This document shows, one piece after another, positions 50,764 through 63,878 of a stretch of DNA of 64,000 nucleotides. The notes below the pieces were generated by a model. It was not told the origin of the DNA. It worked only from the letters and a program-made list of their open reading frames with translations, and ran no database searches. Source of the stretch: Somniosus microcephalus (lineage: Eukaryota). Within the stretch, counting starts at the first letter, position 1. Every line of letters begins with the position of its first letter. The translations under genes and the position numbers were made by a program. The stretch is from contig CM126215.1 in the NCBI GenBank assembly GCA_052327205.1, forward strand, positions 54,746,001 to 54,810,000, written 5' to 3'.

Positions 50764-52160
50764 TAGTAGTCCAACCTTGGCTAACAAGAGAAGTTAAAGA
50801 TAGTAGTAGGTTAAAGGAATAGGCTTATAATGTTGCCAAAAAGTGTAGTGAGCCTGAGAATTGGAATTATTATAGAATTCAGAAACGGATGACCAAGAAA
50901 TTGATGAAGAAAGAGAAGAGAGAACATGAGTGAACTAGCAAGAGACAAAAACAGATTGTAAAAGCTTCTATAGGTTATGTAAAAAGGAAAAGATTAGCGA
51001 AAGTAAGGGTGGGTCCCTTAGAGGCAGAGACAGGATAAATTATAATGGGGAAGGAGGAAATAGCAGAGGCATTAAACAAATGCTTTGTACCTGTCTTCAC
51101 GGTAGAAGACACAAATAACATTTCGGAAATAGTGGGGAATCAAGGATTTAGCGAGATTGAGGAACTTAAAGAAATTAGTATTAGTAAAGAAATAGTACTG
51201 GAGAGATTAATGGGACTAAAAGTCGACAAATCTCCATGGCCTGATGGCTTCATCCTAGGGTTTTAAAAGAGGTGGCTACAGTGATAGTGGATGCATTGAT
51301 TTTGATCTTCCAGAATTCCAGATTCTAGAACAGTCCCTGTGGATTGGAGAGTAGCAAACATAACCCTGCTGTTCAAGAAAGAAGGGAGAGAGAAAACAGG
51401 GAACTATGGACCAGTTAGCCTGACATTAGTAGGGAAAATGCTAGAATCTATTATTAGGGACGTGGTAACAGCACTTAGAAAATCATAATATGATTGAGCA
51501 GAGGCACAGATTTATGAAAGGAAAGTTGTGTTGGACTAATCTGTTAAGAGTATTCTGAGGTTTTAATTAGCAGGGTAAGATAAGGAGGAACCAGTATAAG
51601 TAGTGTATATGCATTTTCAAAAAGCATTCAATAAGGTGCCACAAGAGGTTATTACACAAAATTAGGGCTCATGGGGTTGGGGGTAATATATTAGCATGAA
51701 GAGAGGCTTGGTTAATGGACAGAAAACAGAGAGTAGGAATTAATGGGTCATTTTTGGGTCGGCAGGTTGTAACTAGTGGGTTGCCACAGGGATCAGTGCT
51801 TGGGCCTCAGCTATTTACAATCTAGATCAATGACTTAGTTTAAGGGACCAAGTGTAATGTATCCACGTTTGCGGACGATGCAAAGCTAGGTGGGAAAGTA
51901 AGCTGTGAGGAGGATGCAAAGAGGCTGCAAAGGGATATAGACAGGTTAAGGTGAGTGGGCAATAAGGTGGCAGATGGAGTATAATGTGGAAAAATGTGAG
52001 GTTATTCACTTTGGTTGGAAGAATAATAAAAAGAATATTTTTTTAAATGGTGAGAAACTATTAAACATTGGTGTTGAGAGATTTTGGTGTCCTCGTACAG
52101 GAAACACAGAGTTAACAGGTACAGTAAGCAATTAGGAAGGCAAATGGCATGTTGGCCTTT
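50764..52160 (+). mobile_element. Old CR1 ORF2, right part
   Basis: ccaaccttggctaacaagagaagttaaag continues the 45282 piece. Degenerate RT with many frameshifts. Confidence 0.85.
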
Positions 52161-53108
52161 ATTGGGCCTCAGCTATTTACAATTCATATCAATGACTTAG
52201 ATGAGGGGACTGCGTGTAATGTTTCCAAGTTTGCTGATGATACGAAGCTAGGTGGGAAAGTAAGCTGTGAGGAGGATGCAAAGAGCCTGCAAAGGGATAT
52301 AGACACACGGCAGATGGAATATAATGCGGAGAAATTATCCACTTTGGTAGCAAAAATAGAAAAGCAGAATTTTTTTTAAATGGTGAGAGTTTGGGAAATG
52401 TTGGTGTTCAGAGGGAACTGGGTGTCCTTGTACACGAATTACTGAAAGTTAACATGCAGGTACAGCAAGCAATTAGGAAGGTAAATGGTATGTTAGCCTT
52501 TATTACAAAGGGATTTGAGTACAAGAGTAAAGAAGTGTTACTGCCGTTATGTAGGGCCTTTGTGAGACCACACCCAGAGTACTGTGTACAGTTTTGGTCT
52601 CCTTACTTAAGGAATTATATACTTGCCTTAGAGGGAATGCAACGAAGGTTCACCAGCCTGATTCCTGGGATGAGGGGGTTGTCCTATGAGGAGAGATTGA
52701 GTAGACTAGGCCTATATTCTCTAGAGTTTAGAAGAATGAGGGGTGATCTCATTAAAACATATAAAATTCTTAAAGGGTTTGACAGGGTGGATGCTGGGAG
52801 AATGTTTACCCTGGCTGGGGAGTTTAGAATCAGTGGTCACAGTCTCAGAATAAGGGGTCAGCCATTTAAAACGGACAAATCTCTTCACTCAAAGGGTTGC
52901 GAATCTTTGGAATTCTCTACCCCAGAGAGCTGTGGATGCTCAGTCGTCGAGTATATTCCAGCCAGAGATCGATAGATTTTTGGATACTAAGGGAATCAAG
53001 AGATAGGGGAATAGTGCGGGAAGGTGGAGCGGAGATAAAAGATGAGCCATGATCTTATCAAATGATGGAGAAGGCTCAAAGGGCCGGATGGCCTACTCCT
53101 GCTTATGT
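52161..53108 (+). mobile_element. Second CR1 3' portion overlapping the previous copy in element coordinates
   Basis: Restarts at GPQLFTI (already present at about 51802), runs through FADD and ends in the tail cctactcctgcttatgt. Confidence 0.85.
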
Positions 53109-54309
53109 TAACTGAATATCATAAGCAATTTCCTTTCATTTAATTTCGGAGCCCTTCTGAATAAAATCAGCTTGATGAAGCAATCTGCTGACATAAGAAT
53201 CACCTCTAACTTGCCTTACAAAAGATTATAGATCAATAAGATCCCAACTAGAGCGTGGGAGCATAAAAAAAAAACTTTAAAACTTTGGCATTTGTTTTTG
53301 CCAGAATATGTGGGAAGGTTGCATTGATGAGCTGCATGTATCTGTGGAAAAGTGCAGCCGATTTACTGATGATAGTCTGTGTGTTAGAGCCTGGAGCAGG
53401 GTATGGTATTCACAAACAGCTGCGACTCCAGTCAATCTCATTAACTCATTGTGCCCCTCATAGAAAAGTCAATAAGCCCACTTCTTGTTGAAGCACTTCA
53501 ATGTGCTTTGCATTTTTTTTTAGTAAGACTGGACCAACCACTTGGGTCAATAGCTGAAATCCCAACTAAAATTTGCAGTGTGGGATAAGAATTTGCAAGC
53601 TTCAATTCACGCTTACGCTGAAGAATGTATTTTTTTTAGTCCAAGACTAAATGTTGTGGAAATACAAGCAAGTATTTCCCTGTTTGCAAAAAGATTAAGA
53701 TTGTAAATATGCTTTAGAATTATACCAATAGCATTTTTCTTTAAAGTTGCATTTCCTTGTACTTTTTACAATATTGTATATTTTGTCGACCCTCATTTGA
53801 TACCTGAAAACTGGCTTACAGTGGGTGCCTGGATTGTGAAAAATTAAACATTCCACAGTGCATGTGTTTTCTAAACAAACTTAATTATCTGATGAGAGAA
53901 TTTAAAATCGAGCTGGAACAATTTTTTTTGGTTGAGATATCCGTATACACGTTATTCCCATTACATTTCCCAAAGGAAGCAGGAATCTGGAGCATTAGGT
54001 CCTAAACAATATTTAGACCCTTGACTCTCCTGGGAACCTTATAAATGAAAGCTACATTTCTGTAATGTTTGGAGAAAGCAGACTGCCCCAACCCCATGCT
54101 CGGAAGGTTTCTAAATGTTCGGCTGGGTGCAGAGCTTTCGGTGTGCACTAACATGCACACAGAGATCCACCCTGGCTCAAAGAGTCTGATAGGACACCAG
54201 GCAGTATGAATTAGATATTGCCAAGCCACAATTAATTTTTCTTCAAGCCACTGCTCTCAAAATGGCAGCTTCAGTACAAACACTGCCTGAGTCGGCTAAC
54301 ACATTAAAT

Positions 54310-55025
54310 GGCCCAGAAATTCCGTTCACAGCCCTCCCGCGGATTTGGAAAAATCTCTGCCTGGACCGGAGGGCTCCTGGGAGGCGCAGAGTTCCGTTGC
54401 TGTGCCTCTTCAAACTGCCAGTGTGCAGGGCGCACGTATCCCAGGGGCGCAGGTAATTCGCAGCGTCCCTGGGATCACGTGGGCCATAGGGAGCCAATCA
54501 GAGCAGGGAATCTCCATTCATAGATTTGACAGGAAGACCTGTCAAATCTATGAATAGAGATCAGCCCCAAAACATAAGTAACACTTCAAATAATTTTTTT
54601 AAAATCACATTTAAAAAATGACTATAAATTACATAAATTAGCTATTTTAAACAAAAATTTAAATTTTTGAAAAAATAATTAAAGTTTTTAACAGGGCTAA
54701 AAATAAACTTACCTTTCTTTAAAGTATTTTAAAATGATAAATCAGTGGAAATTGTTTTTTTTAATTTCTTCAACTCTTAGCCTGGTAAAAGCAGGCCTTG
54801 TGCTTGCAAGTGTTTTCTGCGGGCGGAGGGTCTCCAAAAAACGGAACTCTCCATCCGCAGAGGCCCTGCTCCAGGACAGGCGTCCGATCTGTCGAGCTTT
54901 CTTGACAGATCGGAAATGCCAGTTTCCAGCGCATGCGCAGTGCATGCCTGAAACCTGCATTTCCGATGTCCCTATGGGTGAGTACACAGCGCGTACCTAC
55001 CCGTAGGGATCGGAATTTCCGCCTC
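54310..55025. mobile_element. Harbinger-like MITE with internal hairpin
   Basis: TIRs ggcccagaaattccgttc / gatcggaatttccgcctc, GC-rich arms and an AT-rich centre. Flanks aat/att form an imperfect TSD. Confidence 0.65.
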
Positions 55026-55599
55026 ATTAGTATAAGCAAGTGTTACAATGTTCGGACGTTGCTCTGTACCCACAGCTCTAGTCAGTACTACTAAAGTCAA
55101 CAGCAATCCAAATAGTTTTCTTCTTCCATATCGAAACTGTTCTATTTTATAATACTTTTCACTGCAAAAAGGTTTAATATTACAGAAAATTGTCATTAGC
55201 ATTACAGATGTGATACGCTTTAAAATAAAACAACTTAACTTTCAGCTCCAGCATTCCTCAATTAGAGAAATTCCTTTACTAATCCTTCAACATCAATATT
55301 CCGGTTATTGGCACATGCTATAAACAACTAAATGTCTATCACCGTGACCTCATATCCTGTAAGTAAGAGGTTCTGATATGGACATTCTTTTAACCACGTT
55401 TCATTAGTCACATTTCAGCATAGGCTGATTTTGAGCTGTGTATGATGCCCAGATAGGGAGAGCTAGAACACTCATCACTTACTGATATTTGTCAATGAAA
55501 TACAAGCAGGAAGAATTACATGTTACAGAAAGTCAAATGTAAGAAACCAGATGCAATGAAAAAAGGAAAGTAAAGGCGGGGGTTGAGGAGGAGCTGCAG

Positions 55600-55700
55600 G
55601 AAAGACAGGCAAGGATTTGGAAGGCGACTACACATTCAGGAACTTGGGAGAGAAAAGGGAGGTCGGAGAAGGGGCGGTAGTTTGCAAGGACTGATGTGAA
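55600..55700 (-). mobile_element. Short L2 RT fragment
   Basis: cttgcaaactaccgccccttctccgacctccc (ANYRPxSxLPF) is homologous to 2260-2320. Confidence 0.6.
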
Positions 55701-55712
55701 ATTTGCAGTTCT

Positions 55713-55913
55713 NNNNNNNNNNNNNNNNNNNNNNNNNNNNNNNNNNNNNNNNNNNNNNNNNNNNNNNNNNNNNNNNNNNNNNNNNNNNNNNNNNNNNNNN
55801 NNNNNNNNNNNNNNNNNNNNNNNNNNNNNNNNNNNNNNNNNNNNNNNNNNNNNNNNNNNNNNNNNNNNNNNNNNNNNNNNNNNNNNNNNNNNNNNNNNNN
55901 NNNNNNNNNNNNN
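55713..55913. other. Assembly gap (201 N)
   Basis: Run of n characters. Confidence 1.
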
Positions 55914-56207
55914 AGGAGGAGGTGGTGAAGGTGGAGGAGGTGAAGGTGGAGGTGGAGGAGGAGGAGGTGAAGGTGGAGGAGGTGAAGGTGGAGGAGGTGA
56001 AGGTGGAGGAGGTGAAGGTGGAGGAGGAGGAGGAAGAGGAGGAGGAAGGGGAGGAGGAAGAGGAGGAGGTGGTGAAGGTGGAGGAGGTGAAGGTGGAGGT
56101 GGAGGAGGAGGAGGGAGGTGAAGGTGGAGGAGGAGGAGGAGGAGAAGGTGGAGGAGGAGGAGGTGAAGGTGGAGAAGGAGGTGAAGGTGAAGGTGGAGGA
56201 GGAGGAG
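55914..56207. repeat. Compound GGA/GGT/GAA trinucleotide repeat
   Basis: Higher-order unit ggaggaggtgaaggt (15 bp) repeated. No C on the plus strand. Confidence 0.95.
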
Positions 56208-56460
56208 AACAACAACAAGTATTTATATAGCACCTTTAACGTAGTAAAACACCCCAAGGCACTGCACAGGAGTATTACAAGACAAAAAATTTGGCACTGA
56301 GCCACATAAGGAGAAATTAGGGCAGGTGACCAAAAGCTTGGTCAAAGAGGTAGATGTTAAGGTGCGTCTTAAAGGAGGAAAGAGAGGTAGCAAGGTGGAC
56401 AGGTTTGGGCAGGGAATTCCAGAGCTTAGGGCCTCGGCAACAGAAGGCACGGCCACCAAT
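56208..56460 (-). mobile_element. L2 3' end fragment
   Basis: aacaacaacaagtatttatatagcacctttaac..caggagtattacaagacaaaaa is near-identical to 748-970. Confidence 0.88.
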
Positions 56461-57219
56461 AAACCGCAAGATAAAGCAGATATCAGCAGTCGATTTCATG
56501 GGCTCCATCTCTGGAACTAAAGTTCAAGAGTGTTTTTCTATTTTGTCACGTCATGCTTTCGGCAGGAGTTCCTTCTCAAATGAAAGTATGCTAAACTTAA
56601 AATATTGAAAGAATAAGGACAGTGTAACTGCCACACAAGAGCATGAAAAACGAGTCAGTATATTCTATCCATTTTAACTCTGCTTCATCAGCAGTGATTA
56701 GAACTCAAGGTGTGAATAAAAGTGGGCACATCCTACTTTTGTTTGTTGTCGCTCTCTATTTACTACTAAGTACACAGAAAATCCTTTTCCACCCAAAGTG
56801 GGCATTCATTTGTCATAGAAAACCAGTGTAAATCTCTGAATATGGTGTATATTTTACACTTCAGCACATGACTACCATATTTACAACAGGACTGTGTGAC
56901 TGAAGCTCACAAAAAATACTTGTTCTGCTTTGGGTTTCTAGTTTCCTTACCATCAGGAACCCACTCTGATTACAGCAGAGGCAGCAAGAGCTAAGTAAAG
57001 GGGTTATAATAATAATAATAAGTGACTCAAAACCTAAAATTGCATAGAATCGTGAAAATTGCATAGAATCATGTAACTTGTATTCGAAGACCATCAGACA
57101 AACTGGAAACTAAGCAATAATCACATGGTTGGATCCTAATGACCCACCTATCCAGGAATGTTGCGGAACATTCTTGCAAACCAAATTCATAAACTACAAA
57201 ACCACCGGAGGTACTCTAC

Positions 57220-57352
57220 CTTGTTAATTTCAAACTGACTCTGAGGTACACTGCCGCTCACAACACTCTCCTGGATCTCGGTTAGTCTCTTTTGGATATT
57301 CTCCACAATTGCGTCACGAGGTTGATCAGACAGAATCTGACTGATAACATAG
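57220..57352 (-). CDS. POLA1: POLA1 coding exon (thumb region)
   Basis: C completes the Asn codon, then [44 protein letters not shown]. Acceptor ttgtag, donor gtagag, 133 nt, phase compatible with the upstream exon. Confidence 0.96.
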
Positions 57353-58337
57353 CTACAAACAAAAAATACATAAAAACAAAAGCTAAACACGAGCATTTTC
57401 AAACCATACTTGCCGAGTGCTTCAGAAAACCCCCCCACCTCTTTACTCAGTGATAGATTATGAATTCTACTTGCACCTTGACATACCAAAAAGTTTCAAA
57501 GTTTTTCCACAGTGAATTATTTCTGGCGGTTACTATATAGGTAAAAGTTTGGAACAGTCTACCAAAGCAATATAGACAGATAAAATGGCAACTCTTCCAA
57601 ATAGAATTAAATGCCACGACAGGGGGAGTTAATGTCCCAAGAACGGTCTTCTCTCATTCCTGACTGTTCTCATTTGTATGCAACAGCTGCTAAATTTGTT
57701 ATTTAATGTCCGGAACAAAGCAGCACATTTTTAAAAAGAAAAAATTTGCAAACCTGAATCACTGGTGATATAACACATCATAGAACAAAAACAGAAGATG
57801 CTGTGCTTATAAAGAGAAACAGCAGCTTAAAATTTTTGGGTTAAGAGCCTTCCTCAGAACAGGCTCAGGCAACCAAAACTTTAGCGCATCTTGCTTTTTA
57901 AAGATAGATGCTGATGGAGCGGTTGTGTATTTCCAAAATTTTCTGTTTTTATTTCCAGTCTCTAGAATTTGTGGTTCTTTTTAATTTATATTTATTATTA
58001 CGTCACCTTTTGTAGCCTTGCACACAGGGAGCAAAGACCAGTTTAGACTTGGGTGAAGCTGGGTTAGAGAGGGGGGAGATAATTGAACCAGGGCTATCGG
58101 ACATAATTCAATCCCTATTTTAAAGTCATATATTCTGTCCTTATTTTTATATACTTCGATTTTATATTATTCATAGCTAAATAGCAAAACAGGGCAATTT
58201 GGGAAATAGAGTTAGTTGGAGCGAAGTAGTTTCTCTGCAGACTAGGTCGAGGAGCACCAACTCAACCTTGCACACTAAGGGAATTCACCTACTTAAAATA
58301 CAAAATAAATCCACCTGCATAAAAACCCCCCAGAAAT

Positions 58338-58760
58338 TACTTGAATTTATATAGCATCTTTCACGACTGCAGGACATCCTAAAGTGCTTTACAGCCAATT
58401 AAGTTCTTTTGCAGTGTAGTCACCGTTGTATTGTAGGAAATGCGGCAGCCAATTTGTGCATAGCAAGGTCCCGCAAACAGCAATCAGATAAATGACCAGA
58501 TAATCTGTCCTGGTGATGTTGCTTAAGGGATAAATATTCGTGAAGACATCAGGGAGAACTCCCCTGCTCTTCTTCGAATAGTGTCATGGTGGAATCTTTT
58601 ACGTCCATCTGTTTAATGTCTCCTCTGAAAGACGACACCCTCAACAACGCAGCACTCCCTCAGTACTGCACTGGAGTGTCAGCCTAGATTTTGTGCTCAA
58701 GTCTCTGGAGTGGGATTTGAACCCACAACCTTGTGCTACCCACTGAGCCAAGGCTGACAC
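58338..58760 (-). mobile_element. SacSINE1-like SINE
   Basis: Reverse complement of the 27795-28247 family, with head cactgagccaaggctgacac. Confidence 0.85.
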
Positions 58761-58911
58761 TATATCTACATATATCTATATATACATACACTTGGCATAT
58801 AGAGCCAAGTTAGTACTCATACACATTTGATTTAGTTTGGTTATACACATATAATGAGACATATGTTTTAACAGTACACAAAAAGGTAGTCTATTTAAAT
58901 CAGCCATTTAC

Positions 58912-59117
58912 TTTCCAATTTCCTTTGCTAGGCCACACCAGTCTCGTCTAACAATATCCAGTCCTTTTAGTTCCTGTTTGGTGACGTGACGTCCATCTGC
59001 AGTTGGTTCTATGACAAGGGCAGCATATTTCTTCTTCTTCAGCAGCAGCAGCGACTTAAACACACCATCGATGTCCAGCTCCAGGAGTTTGTACTGCTTG
59101 TTTACTTCACTCTTGAC
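58912..59117 (-). CDS. POLA1: POLA1 coding exon (KKKY motif)
   Basis: [68 protein letters not shown] plus AA. Acceptor ctgcag, donor gtaaat, 206 nt, ends in phase 2. Confidence 0.97.
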
Positions 59118-60449
59118 CTGCAGAAACAGGAGATCGTAAGTTTTCACATCATCTTATGAACTACAGAATGAATACGGTACAAATCTAGTTTACTTCCTCT
59201 CAATGGTGATTTTCACACCAATGAAAATATCACACACAAGGGAACGGTCACCGTCTCCAACCTATGACAGGATATGGTAGCATTATAAACCCAATTCAAA
59301 CAAGTTCATAAACCAGATCACACCAGGTGAGATGATAAGTTCCTTGTGAAATAATGAAAATGTATGATGCTTGTAAACTATAGTACAGAATCACACACAT
59401 GTAATCAGCATATTATTGCTCTCATAGCAAAGTGGTTCCTTTAATTCACTTAAACAAATGGTTTTAATATTCCCATAAATTAAATGAATATTTAATTTTA
59501 TAATATTGGAAAAATGTCACAATTTACCCCCTACTGGCCCAACTCCTGGTGGAATCCTGCTCCGTGAGTATTAACAGCCGTTTGGCACCTCACCCATTCT
59601 TCAGGTGTGAGCTTGAACAATGAGTGCCAGTGGCTATTTTGAATCTAAAAGGCACCACAGCCGAGACAAATTTCATTCCCGCCAAATGTCTAGACACCCA
59701 GACATTCTATCCGGGGTCACTGGACAATAATCAGGAGTGGGAACCCTGGCATGTCCTTAGTTCAGGGGCTCGAGGCGTGCTTCACTCTCCCAAACTACAG
59801 CTCTGGCGGAGATAAGCTAACCAGCAAAAACCAGGAAGGAAACTTGGGACCTCCCAGGCAAAGGACCTATTTCCCCCCCCTCAACTGTATTATGAAGAAC
59901 AGACCAGAAGGTTTTTGTTTCATGTTTGTAAATGTGTTTTCTGTGCTAGTGTTCTGTGTGTCCACATTTCTGTGAGGTTGCATCACCATTGTTTGGGGCT
60001 TGAGGCAGTAATCACACATAGAAAGTCCCACAATGCCGATTCAGTGCTTAATCACGATTTGCAAACTTGGTTAAAATCTGTTGATTTTCTCACTCCGTGG
60101 TTACGGGCAGCTGCTTAGCCAGGCAGGTGAGGTTTTCAGCTACACAAGGGGGCAAGTGCCTTATAAGCAAAGCAGTTGTGTCAGGTAAAAAAAAACAGAA
60201 AAATTTAAATCACTGACACTACCCGCAATGCAAAGTTTATAGATGTGACAGACAGTTTCTCACAGGCCCACTCTGATAGAAATCCCAAAGACAATAAATT
60301 GAAACGATTTATCAAGTTGATGAAAATCAAAGGTTGAGTTTGTTTCCATCTCAACAAATCTGATCAAAATACTATATAGACATGTGAACGGATCCCAGAA
60401 AGCTGATTTGATATGGTTATGTTAATGTTAATATACTACAAGCCAAATG

Positions 60450-60570
60450 TATGTTGAATGTTTAAATGTCTTAATCCAAATGTACACTCTCGGGAGCCGC
60501 AAGCCTACATTTCGTTGTACTGCACTTGTGCACTAACAATAACAATAAAAGTTGATTTGATTTGATTTGA
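60450..60570 (+). mobile_element. Possible Rex/Babar-type LINE 3' tail
   Basis: atttcgttgtac..caataacaataaaagt followed by (tgatt)n. Confidence 0.4.
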
Positions 60571-61268
60571 GAGATTGTGATACATTTCCAGTATTTTATG
60601 TATTTCAGATTTTCCGCATTTGCAGTTTCTCTTTCCATCTCTGTTATCTGATGGACGGTGAATAATGAAATTCTACTACTTCTAGCAGAACAGTATTGTT
60701 GGGGGAAGGGAGATTAAACAGACAAGATTGACATTTCCATTATTATTCATCAATTTATGCCCTGACCTAGCGGGCCTAGTTAGAGTAACAGTGAAGGAGC
60801 TGAAAGAACAGTTCTACCAAAGCAGAACATAGTCATAAAGCAGGGAGCCAGGCCTCAGACCACATTCCTAATGAATTTGCAAACTGCTTTTACAATAGAG
60901 CAAGAGTAGCATCTGTAGCAATGTGTCTGCATGGAATTGGCTGAACAGCAAATTCCTCTTGGGAATAAAGGATTACAACTAAAATAAACACAAGCTACCT
61001 GCCTGTAACCAAATCGCTTAGATAATGATTTTCAGTTGCAGTTTAATCCAAGCATTAGCAAATTTAAGTAAAATAAATCAGGTTTGCATTTACATGCAAA
61101 ATTCAATGAAATGGAAGTGAATGATTCATAAGGTGCTCAAATCCTCACTAAACTATAAATAAATCCCCATCTTGTAGAACACAATTTTTTTTTTAAATGG
61201 CACGGACATCCGATTCGTGGGTCAGATTAGTCACATCAACATCTGAACTCTTCAATATGGTACGTCAC

Positions 61269-61361
61269 CTTGTTTCCTAGTTTGAAGACCTCCTCCAGGT
61301 TTGTATTGTTGGTATTTATCATGATGGAATCAGTGTCTCCATAAATAACTTCAAGGTTCAT
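61269..61361 (-). CDS. POLA1: POLA1 coding exon (polymerase motif C, YGDTD)
   Basis: Translates to [31 protein letters not shown], the B-family catalytic motif, near-identical to human POLA1. Acceptor tttag, donor gtgacg, 93 nt, phase 0/0. Too short for the ORF track. Confidence 0.97.
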
Positions 61362-61482
61362 CTAAAGCAAAAGAAAATGCCAATTTAAAAACCAAGGAAC
61401 TTAATTTTGCACACAAGCACAGGATAGTTCAAATTCTGGGTGCACTATGGAGTCTTGCGAGCCACAAATAAAGATTAAATCA

Positions 61483-61770
61483 ACTGTCTTTCAGATGAGG
61501 TGTTAAAATAAGACCCCCGTCTGCCTGTTCAGGTGGACTTAAAAGATCTCATTGCACTATTTGAAGAGTAGGGCCAAATTACATCTCTCAACCAACACCA
61601 TCAAAAACAGCTTAACTGATCAATCTTCTCGTCGTTGTTTGTGGGACCTTGCTGTGTGCAAATTAGCTGTCGTGTTCGTCTACAAAACAATGACCACGCT
61701 CCAAATGTAATTCACTGGCTGTAAATCACTTTGGGATGTCCTACGGTGCTATATAAATCTAAGTCATTTC
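61483..61770 (+). mobile_element. Partial SacSINE1-like SINE
   Basis: gtctttcagatgag..ttaaa, gcactatttgaaga, tgtttgtgggaccttgctgtgtgcaaatt and ggtgctatataaat. Confidence 0.75.
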
Positions 61771-62092
61771 GTTCTTTTCAATGTTCCCATTAATGCCCAT
61801 GTATACCAAGCTGCGGATACCAACAGATCTTGGTGTTCTGATTGAAGATTTACCCAACTAGGTAACAGCACATGGAATGGCATTTCCAAACCTCCAGGTG
61901 CACAAATATTAAACAGAACAAACCAATGATCAAAAAATAAGTGCAAATAGAACAGAGTTTCCAGGGCTTGATAGGTCAGCTTGCTGGGGCTTGCGAGCTG
62001 CAGAGTTTGGATGCCCTTTTGTAGAGCATGTAGATTGTTACAATTATTAAATGAGATTCTTGTTTCTTCAGAAACCAAGCAGAAGTTGAAAG

Positions 62093-62518
62093 GAAGACTT
62101 GCATTTATATAGCGCCTTTCATGACCACCGGACGTCTCAAAGCGCTTTACAGCCAATGAAGTACTTTAGAAGTGGAGTCACTGTTGTAATGTGGGAAACG
62201 CAGCAGCCAATTTGCGTACAGCAAGCTCCCACAAACAGCAATGTGATAACGACCAAATCATTATTTGGTCATGTTGGTTGAGGATATTGGCCAGGACACC
62301 AGGGATGACTCCCCTACTCTTCTTCGAAATAGTGCCATGGGGTCTTTTACGCCCACCCAAGAGAGCAGATGGGACCTCGGTTTAACGTCTCATCCGAAAG
62401 ACGGCATCTCCGACGGTGCAGCACTCTCTCAGTGCTGCACTGGAGCGTCAGCCTAGCTTTATGTGCGCAAGTCCCTGGAGTGGGGCTTGAACCCACAACC
62501 TTCTGACTCAGAGGCGAG
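62093..62518 (-). mobile_element. SacSINE1-like SINE
   Basis: Close reverse-complement match to 27830-28240, with reversed B box ggcttgaaccc. Confidence 0.87.
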
Positions 62519-63857
62519 TAATTCATGTAAAGAACAAGGCTTTAGGATATTTTATAATCAGCTGTTGTATATCTCATTTGAAAGGCCAATGAAGGGTGTA
62601 TATTAGAAACTCATTAAGTAAGATTTTAGCATAATGAATGGTTCAAGTAAGTATTGCAGAAATCACAAAGTGCGTTAAAATGCTGGGTCAGCTTATTGGA
62701 TAAATGACCGATATAACAGACCGAGAGGTTTCTGTTTAAACTAGGATTCTATTTCGTAAGAGTTTATTTTTCAAATTAGGGAGCTCCCAAATACTCAGTG
62801 GGTACAACATGTGGAGCTGGGCAACATTTTGTGAAACTCTGCTGGAGTGACCTATGGGCATTGTATTTAAATGGGACTACAACAGAATGACCATATTCAG
62901 GATTAACACATAACTGAAAATTTATATGATGTGCATATTAATCTAATGAGTCCAAAAACTCAAACCAGAGTATAATTATTTCACATTGGTTTTTGAAACA
63001 TGTTAAATCATGTAACATGGACAGAATTGTTTTATTGTACACTTGGTAATGCTCATGAATCTCAGGAGTTTATCTTATACAACTGACCATCAAAATGTTC
63101 AGGTTGTGATTGGTATCGTACTGTCATACCAGGCTTCTACATTACAGACCCCAGTGAGCTACATAAAAGAGCAACACGTTGCCGACCACGAGGATTTGTC
63201 ACTTATTTCCCCACAGGTCCAACAGCCATCAATCCAGTCTTTCCAACAGGTACCAGACTTGGGACGAGCAAAACTGAGCTTTGGCCCCTCCTACTAACTC
63301 ACTGCTCGCCTTTATTTCATCACAGCTAAGTCTGTCAGTTGGGACCCTCAGCAGAATTAAATTGTGCAGTTTCTCAGATTGTCCATCAACATTAAGCAAA
63401 TCCCGTCAGTGAAGATTTAAAGAGTGATGTTGACAGAAGAGTTAATAACTAGGGAAGCAGAGTACATTACAGGAAATGCCAAATATGACAGGTCTGTCAC
63501 GGTTCTGCCCTTTTATTGCATAAATTTACATCACGTACAAGTGAGTTACAACTGCTACTTTCCCTTTTCTTAACAAGGATCTGCACAAGAGTCCCTACTC
63601 CTCCATAGTTTGTTAGAATGTTTTCATTTTAAGACTGGACAAATCCAAACATCTACAGTCCACATCAAGCAAGTTTATTTCAAGAATCTGTTTAATCCAA
63701 TTGCATGTTCATTTTGACTAAAAAAAAGCCCATGACCTTCAATAACCTATATGCTTATTTGTGAGCTTAGTCATAACAGTTATCATTCCCAAAGAAGCCC
63801 ACCTGGCAACTTTTCTCTTCCAAGGATTACTCTGCAACAAATTCAATTATCCAGAAT

Positions 63858-63878
63858 ACACACACACACACACACACT
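63858..63878. repeat. (CA)n microsatellite
   Basis: About 10 AC units. Confidence 0.85.

Noticed and set aside
55628-56305. Gly-rich, Glu/Val-rich and Leu/His-rich ORFs
   Set aside because: They are translations of a trinucleotide repeat plus an N gap and L2 sequence, with no splice or gene context.
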